A DNA stretch of 64,000 nt, from the NCBI GenBank assembly GCA_036785375.1, contig JAWMAR010000569.1:372001-436000 (forward strand). The letters run 5' to 3'. Positions 49,672 to 61,182 of the stretch are shown one piece after another. Below the pieces are notes generated by a model. The model searched no databases and was not told the origin of the DNA. It worked only from the letters and a program-made list of their open reading frames with translations. Each line of letters begins with the position of its first letter. Positions within the stretch are counted from its first letter, which is position 1. This DNA comes from Leucoraja ocellata. Its lineage: Eukaryota. The position numbers and the translations under genes are program-made.

Positions 49672-49935
49672 GTAGCCCCAGGGACACCACTCTCTCCATC
49701 ACCCCCTCTGCTGTGAAGGAAGGAGACAATATCACATTCAGCTGCACAACCCAGTCCAACCCCCCTGCCCAGCTTGTACTGAGGAGGCAGTCATCGAGTG
49801 GATGGAGCGAGCTAGACTCTGAGAATGGGACATTGACAATCCGTGATGTCCAGCCAGCTGATGCAGGGCTGTATCAATGTGAGGCCACTAATGCTCTGGG
49901 GAAGCAGATCAACATCACCAAACTCCAGGTTCAAG
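49672..49935 (+). CDS. VCAM1: VCAM1 D7-like Ig exon, copy A
   Basis: GSPRDTTLSITPSAVKEGDNITFSC..LVLRRQ..DAGLYQCEATNALGKQ..LQVQ. 264 nt, phase 1-1. Resembles human D7 (VKEGDTVIISC..IILKKK..DAGVYECESKN). Confidence 0.88.
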
Positions 49936-51020
49936 GTTTGTGTGGAAATTAATGAGAAATTTACAGGAACTGAATGTAAAAAGTATTTTCACTTGAATTA
50001 TTACTAGGGGGGGGGGAAAGAATGATGTGGATTTATGGGGGAACATTCATACCATTCAGGACTACGCAAACACTTTATCACCAATAAAGTGCCTTTGACA
50101 TGTGAAGCAATGAAATGTGGTGCAGCACATTCTCACAAAGAGCAATGTGAGGAAAACCAATTAGTTGTAATGATGAAGAAAAATAAATTGTATATGCTGA
50201 TTTACAACAACAACAAGACACAAAGTTCTGGAGTAACTCAGTGTGTCAGGTAACATCCCTGGAGAACATGGATGGGTAACGTTTCAAGTTGGGATCCTTC
50301 TTCAGACTGATGTTGGTTTAGTGATAAATATTGACCAGGATGCAGGAATAAACTGGGCAGAACTCTGCCACATTAAATTTAAAATTATGTTACAGAATCT
50401 TTTATGTCAACTAGAGGGGGTTTTAATTTAACAACGTATGTGAAAGTGTAACTAACTGCTGCCATCCTTTGGCACAGGACTGGAGAGAATTTCTAGCTTT
50501 TTGTGCCTAATTCCTTGAACAGAAACTTGAGCTGACAAGACATGGTGATTATTATACATTGCAATAATCTATGATTGTAACAATCATTAATAGACATAAT
50601 GATATGAATAGATCAGGTAGATGTATAGAGTCTCTTGCCCAGAGTAGGTGAATCAAGGACCAGAGAACACAGGTTTAATGTGTCGGGGAAAAGACTTAAT
50701 AGGAATCTGAGGGGTAACTTTTTTACACCAAGGGTGGTGGGTGTATGGAACAAGCTGCTAGAGGAGGTAGTTGAGGCTGGGACTATCCCAACATTTAAGA
50801 AACAGTTAGACAGGTACATGGATAGGACAGGTTTGGAGGGACATGGAATAAAGGCGGGCAGGTGGGACGAGTGTAGCTGGGAAATGATGGCTGGTTTGGG
50901 CAAGTTGAGCCGAAGGCCCTGTTTCCACACTATATCACTTTATGACTATGACTATGTTTCTTTGCACGGATTTGGCTCAACTTTTTGCAATTTATTAATT
51001 TCTCACGCCTCTGGTTTCAG

Positions 51021-51284
51021 GTAGCCCCAGGGACACCACTCTCTCCATCACCCCCTCTGCTGTGAAGGAAGGAGACAATATCACATTCAGTTGCACAACC
51101 CAGTCCAACCCCCCTGCCCACCTTGTACTGAAGAGGCAGTCATCGAGTGGATGGAGCAAGCTAGACTCTGAGAATGGGACATTGACAATCCGTGATGTCC
51201 AGCCAGCTGATGCAGGGCTGTATCAATGTGAGGCCACTAATGCTCTGGGGAAGCAGATCAACATCACCAAACTCCAGGTTCAAG
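51021..51284 (+). CDS. VCAM1: VCAM1 D7-like Ig exon, copy B
   Basis: Open frame, intact tttcag| and |gtttgt, 264 nt. Confidence 0.82.
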
Positions 51285-51711
51285 GTTTGTATGGAAATTA
51301 ATGAGAAATTTACAGGAACTGAATGTGAAAAGTATTTTCACTTGAATTATTACGAGGGGGGGAAAGAATGATTTGGATTTATGGGGGAACATTCATACCA
51401 TTCAGGACTACGCAAACACTTTATCACCAATAAAGTGCCTTTAACATGTGAAGCAACGAAATGTGGTGCAGCACATTCTCACAAAGAGCAATGTGAGGAA
51501 AACCAATTAGTTGTAATGATGAAGAAAAACAAATTGTATATGCTGATTTACAACAACAACAAGACACAAAGTTCTTGAGTAACTCAGTGTGTCAGGTAAC
51601 ATCCCTGAAGAACATGGATGGGTAACGTTTCAAGTTGGGATCCTTCTTCAGACTGATGTTGGTTTAGTGATAAATATTGACCAGGATGCAGGAATAAACT
51701 GGGCAGAACTC

Positions 51712-52330
51712 TGACACCACCCCTTCCCCGGGCACTTTCCCTTAAACCGCAAGAGATGCTACACTTGTCGCTTTAGCTCCCCCCTTGACTCCATTCAAGG
51801 ACCCCAGCAGTTTGTTCCAGGTGCGACAGAGGTTCACCTGCACCTCCTCCAACCCCATCTATTGCATCCGCTGCTCTAGATGTCAGCTGATCTATATCGG
51901 TGAGACCAAGCGTTAGCTTGGCGATCGTTTCGCCGAACACCTCCGCTCGGTCCGCATTAACCAACCTGACCTCACGGTGGCTCGGCACTTCAACTCCCCC
52001 TCCCACTCCGTCTCCGACCTCTCTGTCTTGGGCCTCCTCCTTGGCCAGAGTGAGCAACACCGGAAATTGGAGGAACAGCACCTCATATTCCGCTTGGGGA
52101 GTCTGCATCCTGGGGGCATGAACATTGAATTCTCACAATTCTGTTAACCCTTGCTGTCTCCTCCCCTTCCTACCTCTCCCTCAGCCCTCGGGCTCCCCCT
52201 CCTCCTTTTTCCTTTCTTCTTCCCACCCCCTATCAGTCTGAAGAAGGGTTTCGGCCCGAAACGTTGCCTATCTCTTGCACTCCATAGATGCTGCTGCACC
52301 CGCTGAGTTTCTCCAGCATTCCTGTGTACC
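51712..52330 (+). mobile_element. Penelope-like element 3' part (GIY-YIG remnant + hammerhead-like tail) at the unit B/C junction
   Basis: CQLIYIGETKR*LGDRFAEHLRSV; ctgaagaagggtttcggcccgaaacgtt at 52238. Confidence 0.85.
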
Positions 52331-52537
52331 TTAGACAGGTACATGGATAGGACAGGTTTGGAGGGACATGGGCCAAACACGGGCGGGCGGGACTAGTGTA
52401 GCTGGGACATGATGGCTGGTTTGGGCAAGTTGAGCCGAAAGACGTGTTTCCACAATGTATCACTCTATGACTGTTTTTTCGCACGGATTTGGCTCAACTT
52501 TTTGCAATTCATTAATTTCTCACGCATCTGGTTTCAG

Positions 52538-52801
52538 GTAGCCCCAGGGACACCACTCTCTCCATCACCCCCTCTGCTGTGAAGGAAGGAGACAGGGTCA
52601 CGTTCAGCTGCACAACCCAGTCCAACCCCCCTGCCCACCTTGTACTGAGGAGGCAGTCATCGAACGGATGGAGCGAGCTAGAATCTGAGAATGGGACATT
52701 GACAATCCGTGATGTCCAGCCAGCTGATGCAGGGCTGTATCAATGTGAGGCCACTAATGCTCTGGGGAAGCAGATCAACATCACCAAACTCCAGGTTCAA
52801 G
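52538..52801 (+). CDS. VCAM1: VCAM1 D7-like Ig exon, copy C
   Basis: Open frame, intact splice sites, 264 nt. DRVT variant. Confidence 0.82.
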
Positions 52802-53873
52802 GTTTGTATGGAACTTAATGAGAAATTTACAGGAACTAAATGTAAAAAGTATTTTTACTTGAATTATTACTAGAATGATTTGGATTTATGGGGGAACATT
52901 CATACCATTCAGGACTACGCAAACACTTTATCAACAATAAAGTGCCTTTGACATGTGAAGCAACGAAATGTGGTGCAGCACATTCTCACAAAGAGCAATG
53001 TGAGGAAAACCAATTAGTTGTAATGATGAAGAAAAACAAATTGTATATGCTGATTTACAACAACAACAAGACACAAAGTTCTGGAGTAACTCAGTGTGTC
53101 AGGTAACATCCCTGGAGAACATGGATGGGTAACGTTTCAAGTTGGGATCCTTCTTCAGACTGATGTTGGTTTAGTGATAAATATTGACCAGGATGCAGGA
53201 ATAAACTGGGCAGAACTCTGCCACGTTAAATTTAAAATTATGTTACAGAATCTTTTATGTCAACTAGAGGAGGTTTTAATTTAACAACGTATGTGAAAGT
53301 GTAACTAACTGCTGCCATCCTTTGGCACAGGACTGGAGAGAATTTCTAGCTTTTTGTGCCTAATTCCTTGAACAGAAACTTGAGCTGACAAGTCATGGTG
53401 ATTATTATACATTGCAATAATCTATGATTGTAACAATCATTAATAGACATAATGATATGAATAGATCAGGTAGATGTATAGAGTCTCTTGCCCAGAGTAG
53501 GTGAATCAAGGACCAGAGAACATAGGTTTAATGTGTCAGGGAAAAGACTTAATAGGAATCTGAGGGATAACCTTTTTACACCAAGGGTGGTGGGTGTATG
53601 GAACAAGCTGCTAGAGGAGGTAGTTGAGGCTGGGACTATCCCAACATTTAAGAAACAGTTAGACAGGTACATGGATAGGACAGGTTTGGAGGGACATGGA
53701 ATAAAGGCGGGCAGGCGGGTCTAGAGTAGCTGGGAAATGATGGCTGGTTTGGGCAAGTTGAGCCGAAGGGCCTGTTTCCACACTATATCACTTTATGACT
53801 ATGACTATGTTTCTTTGCACGGATTTGTCTAAACATTTTGCAATTTATTAATTTCTCATGCCTCTGGTTTCAG

Positions 53874-54100
53874 GTAGCCCCAGGGACACCACTCTCTCCA
53901 TCACCCCCTCTGCTGTGAAGGAAGGAGACAGGGTCACGTTCAGCTGCACAACCCAGTCCAACCCCCCTGCCCAGCTTGTACTGAAGAGACAGCCATCGAG
54001 CGGATGGAGCGAGCTAGACTCTGAGAATGGGACATTGACAATCCGTGATGTCCAGCCAGCTGATGCAGGTTGGTATCAATTCTCCCAAAGAGCAATGTGA
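53874..54100 (+). pseudogene. VCAM1: VCAM1 D7-like exon copy D, 3'-deleted (stop at 54098-54100; cryptic donor after 54068)
   Basis: After tatcaat (54080) the sequence jumps to downstream intron sequence. The second Cys and the normal donor are lost. Confidence 0.85.
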
Positions 54101-54348
54101 TGAAATCCAATTAGTTGTAATGATGTAGAAAAATAAATTGTATATGCTGATTTACAACAACAACAAGACACAAAGCTGGAGCTTTTTGTGCCTAATTCCT
54201 TGAACAGTAACTTGAGCTCACAAGTCATGGTGATTATTATACATTGCAATAATCCATGATTGTAACAATCATTAATAGACATCATGAGATGTATAGATCA
54301 GGTAGATGCACAAAGTCATTGGACATGTATTTTCTCTCTCATCACCAG

Positions 54349-54422
54349 ACCTGACTGTTTGGGCTCACCCTTTCAAACTGGTCGATGAAGGAGAAAAGGT
54401 CACCATTGGCTGCACCATTCAT
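54349..54422 (+). pseudogene. 5' half of a distinct, disrupted membrane-proximal Ig exon (DLTVWAHPFKLVDEGEKVTIGCTIH)
   Basis: Phase-1 acceptor ctctctcatcaccag. Ig A/B-strand pattern EGEKVTIGC. Cut by a repeat tail. Confidence 0.75.
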
Positions 54423-54878
54423 AACATAATATTAATAACACTAAATTTTATTTTTGGGCGCCTTTCAGAAATCTCAAGATGTATAGAGTCTCTTGCCCAG
54501 AGTAGGTGAATCCAGGACCAGAGAACACAGGTTTAATGTGTCAGGGAAAAGACTTAATACGAATCTGAGGGATAACCTTTTTACACCAAGGGTGGTGGGT
54601 GTATGGAACAAGCTGCTAGAGGAGGTAGTTGAGACTGGGACTATCCCAACATTTAAGAAACAGTTAGACAGGTACATGGTTAGGACAGGTTTGGAGGGAC
54701 ATGGAATAAAGGCGGGCAGGTGGGACGAGTGTAGCTGGGAAATGATGGCTGGTTTGGGCAAGTTGGGCCGAAGGGCCTGTTTCCACACTATATCACTTTA
54801 TGACTATGACTATGTTTCTTTGCATGGATTTGTCTAAACATTTTGCAATTTATTAATTTCTCACGCCTCTGGTTTCAG

Positions 54879-55142
54879 GTAGCCCCAGGGACACCACTCT
54901 CTCCATCACCCCCTCTGCTGTGAAGGAAGGAGACAATATCACGTTCAGCTGCACAACCCAGTCCAACCCCCCTGCCCAGCTTGTACTGAAGAGGCAGTCA
55001 TCGAGTGGATGGAGCGAGCTAGACTCTGAGAATGGGACATTGACAATCCATGATGTCCAGCCAGCTGATACAGGGCTGTATCAATGTGAGGCCACTAATG
55101 CTCTGGGGAAGCAGATCAACATCACCAAACTCCAGGTTCAAG
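54879..55142 (+). CDS. VCAM1: VCAM1 D7-like Ig exon, copy E
   Basis: Open frame, intact splice sites, 264 nt. Confidence 0.8.
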
Positions 55143-55496
55143 GTTTGTGTGGAAATTAATGAGAAATTTACAGGAACTGAATGTAAAAAGTATTTTCACT
55201 TGAATTATTACTAGGGGGGGGAAAGAATGATGTGGATTTATGGGGGAACATTCATACCATTCAGGACTACGCAAACACTTTATCACCAAGAAAGTGCCTT
55301 TGACATGTGAAGCAATGAAATGTGGTGCAGCACATTCTCACAAAGAGCAATGTGAGGAAAACCAATTAGTTGTAATGATGAAGAAAAATAAATTGCATAT
55401 GCTGATTTACAACAATAAAAAGACACAAAGTTCTGGAGTAACTCAGTGTGTCGGGTAACATCCCTGGAGAACATGGATGGGTAACGTTTCAAGTTG

Positions 55497-56406
55497 GGAC
55501 ACCTTACAGAGATTAACAAGAATAATAAAACATATAATCGGAATAAAATAAATAATAAAGACATCACCAAAACACAAATTAAAAACAGAATTCATTCCAA
55601 AGACAAAAAATCAAAAACACAATGTGAAGAGAGAGCAGCGGCAGCTAAAGCGCGCCAGCGACCACTCTCGCTTCCGACAGCCATCTTGGACACAGACTAA
55701 CATGTTTACATACACACAAAAAAATCATCCCCCCACAATGTTTACCACTGTGGGGGAAGGCACAATGTCCAGTGCCCATCCCCAGTTCACCCAAAGTCAG
55801 GGCTATTGAGGCCACCGCTATTGCTTCAACGGAGGCCCGATGTTCCTGGCCGTTCTCACCGGGTGGTGTTGTCCCGGCGTCGGGAGAGTCCTCTCAGCGG
55901 CTGGGCCACCTGGAACGGCCGCTTCCTGACTGGGGACCGCGGCTTCCGAAGCCGACAAGGCCGCGCCGGTTTGGAGCTCCCAGGCTCCCGATGTTAGAGT
56001 CGGCGCCGCCCGCTCCGCAGATCCGCAGCCCGGAGGTGTTGATCTCGGCGGTCACAGCTCACCGGAGCTCCAGCGCGGCGACCCAGGCAAGGCATCGCCT
56101 GCTCCACTCCGCGATAGCGCCCCAGCGCTGTGCCGCCACCGAAGCCGAGGTGCTGGGCGGTCCCCGCCAGGAAACAGCGCTCCACGCCCGCTGGTAGGCC
56201 ACGAGGACGGGTCGACGGGGCAGCCCGGAGAAAAAGCTGCCTCACCGACCAGGTAGGGACCTAGAAGTATAATTACCTCCTTCCCCCCACATTAAAAAGT
56301 CCATTCTCCAACAGGCAAAGGACGGGACTTACTAAAACTCCAAAAAAAAAGTGAGTTCAACGGACGGCTGCTGGTTAGCAGCTGTTCCCCAAGATGGCTC
56401 CTCCTC
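55497..56406 (-). mobile_element. GC-rich non-autonomous retroelement; its tail is displaced to 54423-54478
   Basis: Sharp-edged CpG-rich block. Joining 54478 to 55498 restores ...gggcgcctttcagaaatctcaag|gacaccttac..., an L2-like tail in reverse. Confidence 0.6.
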
Positions 56407-56409
56407 CTG

Positions 56410-56588
56410 TTCCCCTCAGCCAATTTCACCTGGAAGAAACTAGTGAACAACAGTGAAAATGTGCTGTCCTTCAGTAACGACAACTTTACAACCCTTGAAA
56501 AATATACCAAGTGACACTGGGCTTTGTAAGGTCAAAGTGATTAATAAACTTGGGAAACAGACAGGATTTGTGGAAATACAAGTTATCG
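56410..56588 (+). pseudogene. 3' half of the disrupted Ig exon (FPSANFTWKKL...frameshift...PSDTGLCKVKVINKLGKQTGFVEIQVI)
   Basis: Ig C-strand Trp and F/G-strand pattern. Internal frameshift. Intact phase-1 donor G|gtaagt. Confidence 0.78.
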
Positions 56589-56671
56589 GTAAGTTTAGAT
56601 TGAGAATTGTTGTGTGGAGAATGTATTTTACTGATATTGTTCTTTAAAAATATTCTTCTGTCTTTTTTCAG

Positions 56672-56838
56672 AAAAAATAACTGATATCGCAACTCCTGCC
56701 GAGATTCCTCCGGGTGTTCTGGAAACATTATGCACAGGAGCCACATTTGCATCAGCAGGACTGATATGTTCTGCTCTGTTTTATGCCTTTCGCAGAAGCT
56801 TGACAAAATCTTACAATATAGCAGGAGAGATACTGTGA
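56672..56838 (+). CDS. VCAM1: VCAM1 last exon: stalk, transmembrane segment and cytoplasmic tail
   Basis: tcttttttcag| EKITDIATPAEIPPGVLETLCTGATFASAGLICSALFYAFRRSLTKSYNIAGEIL*. Tail resembles human YFARKANMKGSYSL. Confidence 0.85.
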
Positions 56839-58023
56839 AGTGTAAACAAAGGATCAAAGGAATGGACATTCACACTTCTAGCACCGATCAATCTCTGGGA
56901 CTGTGCTGCTAGGGGCAGGGAGTTGGGAAATGAAGGTGTTGGGTTATAACACGATTCAAAATATTACCAACAGCTGCTATCTAAAAAGTGTACAGTAGAC
57001 AAACTTAGGGCACTTTATTGTATATAATACTCTGTAATTTGAATTTGCTGGTGTTCTTGTGAGGAATAGTACTGTGCTAAGGAAATAGTGCACAAACAAT
57101 TCACTTCAAAAAGTTCTCTGCCCTAAAATGCATTTTCGATATCTCTCTCCCATGTGCCAAGTACAATTCAAACTATTAGCATTCTTCAGTGAAACAGATC
57201 TAGTTTTTTCAGATGCAAAATGGTGCTGGACTTGACCCCATCCTTCCCCTGTGGGGAATGGGAGGCAATATGTGAGCCAGGAGCAAGGCACTTTACACTT
57301 ACTCTTCTACTGTCTATGGATCGAAAATTATTTGACCTCCTACGGCGATGCTGGTGATTATCTGTATATATATATATTTTTTAAATGCTGCTGCATTCTT
57401 CCTAGAACGTTTGAACCACTTTTGCAATGCATTCCCTACACATTGAACTGGGACACCTTCCATTGTGGCTGAATCTCGGAACTGTGTGCTGGTTTAGGTA
57501 CTGAACTCTCAGCTGAGGACCATTGATCAGTGACTCCGTTTTCTAAAGCTGGAACTGGAAATCCAAACCAAATGAATTGTACTCATTGAACTAAACTATT
57601 GTTAAAGTCAATTACTGTCCCCACATGTTATTTCAATCATTTTTTCACCTAATGTCAAAGCCTGCAAGAACAGATTAAACAAATTAATTACAATATTATT
57701 TATGCTTTGACTGAATACACCTCTCAAATTAAGTAATTTAAAATATTAGCAAAGATTTTTCACAATTAGAATATAATATTGTCAACTTTACTATTGTCAA
57801 CATTTGAGAATAATAAGTTTCCAACGTGAAAACCAGGAATTTCAGTGACACTTGCAATCATTTTAAACAAAGTTCAGTTCCAGTACATTTTGCAATGCTG
57901 TCAGTCCAGGAAAGATTGCATGTCTAGAATGAATGATTTGGCTGGTTCTAAAAGCGAGTGAATATCTGAGAACTTGTGTGGACACTTGTACTGCTGATTA
58001 TATTGACTAATGTTGCGGGTTTT

Positions 58024-58029
58024 AATAAA
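58024..58029 (+). terminator. VCAM1: Candidate VCAM1 polyadenylation signal
   Basis: AATAAA ~1.2 kb after the stop codon. A second one lies at ~58255. Confidence 0.45.
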
Positions 58030-58942
58030 CTGTATAATTATCTGAGCTCTTTCTCATGATAGTCTGTGAATCCTGATGGTCTGAGATTTAAATATAATCA
58101 CAGTAATGTTACTCTATAGGTTCAGTCAAAGCACTTACTGTAAATGTGACAAGTTTATTTGTTTAGAATTTAGCTTTCTAAAACTTCTACGTTTATGAAA
58201 TTTAATATATGGAGAGCAACTTTGATTTAACAAACACTTTTGAGCTGCAGAAAAAATAAACTATACGAGCTGCACAACCTCTTGGGAACCTGGTATCCCA
58301 AAGAAATTGTGATATAGAATATCAATTAGACCAAAATGACTGTCTTTAAAATTCTTATCATTTAAAATGAGTTACTAACACATATAGGTCAAAGGCCATG
58401 TATATAGGATATCACCAATGATTTTAAAAAAAGAGTATGTGAGGAGGAAACAGAAAATAAAGTAATGGTTTGATAATGCAATTTCAAAGATTATGAAGTA
58501 CCACAGGGTGGAAACATTTGAGGAGTAGAGTCGTTTTGAGATCTTTGTGTTTATTTAGACTAGTTGGATAGTGTTTATTTCCACACTGAAGATTATTCCC
58601 CAGATCACCAGCCAGGAATAGTGGGGTCAGACAAGTACGTGTGAGATAAGGAGGGATTTTAGCTCTCAGAATGTTGTGAATCTTTGGAGGCCGTCTTTGA
58701 ATATATTCAAGCTTAATGTTGATATTTTTGTACTATACAAGAGTCATGGGGAATGGGCGGTAAAATGCATTTGAGGTCAACATCAAATTGATGGTGGAGC
58801 CAAGGCACATGGACTACCCCTCCCTTCATTCTTAGATGAAACAAAGAGGTTGGGACAGGGTAGAATGTTAATGAGACCATGACTACAAAACATTAATGCA
58901 TGGTGTGACCATCTCCACTATTAAAGGAAAGCTCAACGTTAT

Positions 58943-59220
58943 GCAGTGGCTCAGCGGTAGAGTTGTTACCATACAGCACCTGAGTCCCAGGTTCGATCCT
59001 CACTATGGGTGCTGTTTGTGCGGAGATTGTACGCTCTCCCTGTGACCGCACGGGTTTTCCCCATGTGCTCCAGTTTCTTCCCACGTCCTAGGGATGTGCA
59101 GGTTTGTAGATTAATTGCCCCTAGCGTAGAGGATAGAACTGGTGTATGGATGATCATTGGTTAGCACGGACTCAGTGGGCCGAAGGGCCTGTTTCCATGC
59201 TGTATCTCTCTAAACTAAAA
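58943..59220 (+). mobile_element. HE1-like SINE
   Basis: gtggctcagcggtagagttg..ggttcgatcc head; gggccgaagggcctgtttcc..taaactaaa tail. Confidence 0.85.
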
Positions 59221-59884
59221 AAACGAAGTAAGAAACAGTGGGTCGAATCTCATGGCAACTTAGGCCTCTATAGGAGGCAGAAGAGCTGGCTATTAGGATA
59301 GTAATAACAAACCTCTAAACCAAGTCTAGTATCCTGTAGTGAGGTTTCAGCATGGTAACGATCACAGTGACGATCTGTGACATATTGATAAGAATAGAAT
59401 GGGGTGTTGGAGAGATTAACGTGAATGTACCTATGGGTCAGAGTGCATTTAAAGGAACCGACACCAACCCTGGATCAGGCAGCATCTCTGGATCAATGGG
59501 ACCAGCGAGTGTGTAGCATCAGAGGTGATGTGCTCTATCCATCATTTATGTTGGGCTCCTAGAAGCTCCCAACACATGGGCTCAAGGATTATATGATCAT
59601 CTGGAATCCCCTCCACCTTGAGCACTAATGGACCAGGTATTCCCAGGAATCAGTGGAAATGTGACATCCTTTCAAGCACGTTTGAAAACTATCCCTGAAC
59701 CTTTGTGTAACTCAGTGTCTCTTACTATGACGGAGCTTAGAATTGAGATTCTGTTTTGAGAGTGTATTGTCAGGCTTCTGTACAATGTGGTCTATCTGAT
59801 GGAGCAGACTAGGTGTACCTTGGACCACAATACCAAAAATACTGAGAGTAGACAATAATTGGCTTTACCTTCCGATAGATGAAA

Positions 59885-60420
59885 ACCATAAAACCATAGA
59901 GACAAAATTAGGCCATTCAGCCCATTGAGTCTCCTCAGCCATTTAATCAACGCTGATCTATTTTTTTCCCTCTGAACCCCATTCTCCTGTTCTCTCCATA
60001 ACCTTTGATGCCTTCCCTAATCAAGAACCTATCAATCTCTGCTTTAAAAATACCCAATGACTTGTCCTCCACAACCACCTGTGGCAATTCATTCCACAGA
60101 TTCACCACCCTTTGGCTAAAGAAATTCCTCCTCAACTCCATTTGGAAGGTCCATCCTTTTATTCTGAGGCTGTTCCCCAACTGCTTCTAGATTCTCCCAT
60201 TACTGGAAACATCCTCTCCACATCCACTCAATCTAGGCCTTTCACGATCCAGTGGGTTTCCATGAGATCCCTCCTTATCCATCTAAACTTCAGCATGTAT
60301 AGGCCCAGAGCCTTCAAACACTCCGCCTCTGTTAACCCAAATATTCATGGGATTGTTCTCCTCCAGACCCTCTCCAAAGTCAACACATCCTTCCTCAGAT
60401 ATGAGGCCCAAAACTGTTCA
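59885..60420 (-). mobile_element. CR1 3' fragment
   Basis: RRNFFSQRVVNLWNELPQVVVE. Confidence 0.85.
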
Positions 60421-60424
60421 TTGG

Positions 60425-61000
60425 AAGATTTTTGTGAGCCATTTTTAGTGGTCCCTCACCAGTGGTTTGAGATGGCGGCTGTGGTCAGTCCAAGTCTCCA
60501 AAGCAGATGTGAGGGCATGGAATCAGAGGGGCAAACAATAAGCATTCCACTGGAATGTTACTAATTCACCGGGCTGATGAAAAACTATCAACCTTCACAA
60601 CTTCCACTCAAGAACCAATGTCACCCCAATATTTGTAGGTGAGCTGCAGTAGGTGTCTGCATATTCAGAGTTCAGGCTCTTCATTAGACAATGGGCCGAA
60701 GGGCCTGTTTCCGGCACCTGAGCACTCGGGTTCGCTGGCACCTGAGGGAGAGCATCAAGAGTTGCAGAGGAGATGTCAGCCTAGCATGAATGTGGCTGAG
60801 AATGATGTTCGACACCGTGATCCAGCTGCTTGTTTTTGCCAGTGATGATGGTCAGGTCTGCAGATTTCAGAGAAGCACTTTTGGACATGGTTGGACCTAT
60901 GGCTTCAATGGTGAGTGACATTTCATCTAAGTATGCCTCGAACCAGTCGGTGTCCTTACTTCTTTCTTTTCCGAAGAAGCTTTTGCAAAAAGTGATTCTT
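60425..61000 (-). mobile_element. Degraded RTE-clade LINE fragment
   Basis: FGKERSKDTDWFEAYLDEMSLTIEA resembles the RTE ORF linker (DWF motif). Confidence 0.5.
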
Positions 61001-61182
61001 TGAAACCAAATCACACAATAACAATTATGGCAACAGGGAGTTGAATACTAAGTGGAACATATCAGCTGTAACAGCAAAGCAGACATCCTGTTCTTTCGGA
61101 AATGATTTTGCTCTATGAAGCAGCAGAATGCGGAGTTACTGCCAAACCTTTCATAGTGAACAATCCTCTGTATTTCAGTAAA

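Larger units (their letters stand above)
49280..55497 (+). repeat. Tandem array of ~1.35-kb units (CR1 3' fragment + Ig exon + intron), five copies A-E
   Basis: Intron and exon sequence recur nearly verbatim, e.g. the spurious ORF MGEHSYHSG at 50035, 51381, 52888, 55240. Confidence 0.95.

Noticed and set aside
50035-50253. Recurrent ORF MGEHSYHSGLRKH in four copies
   Set aside because: Intronic sequence carried by the tandem unit; stops differ between copies and it runs into a repeat.
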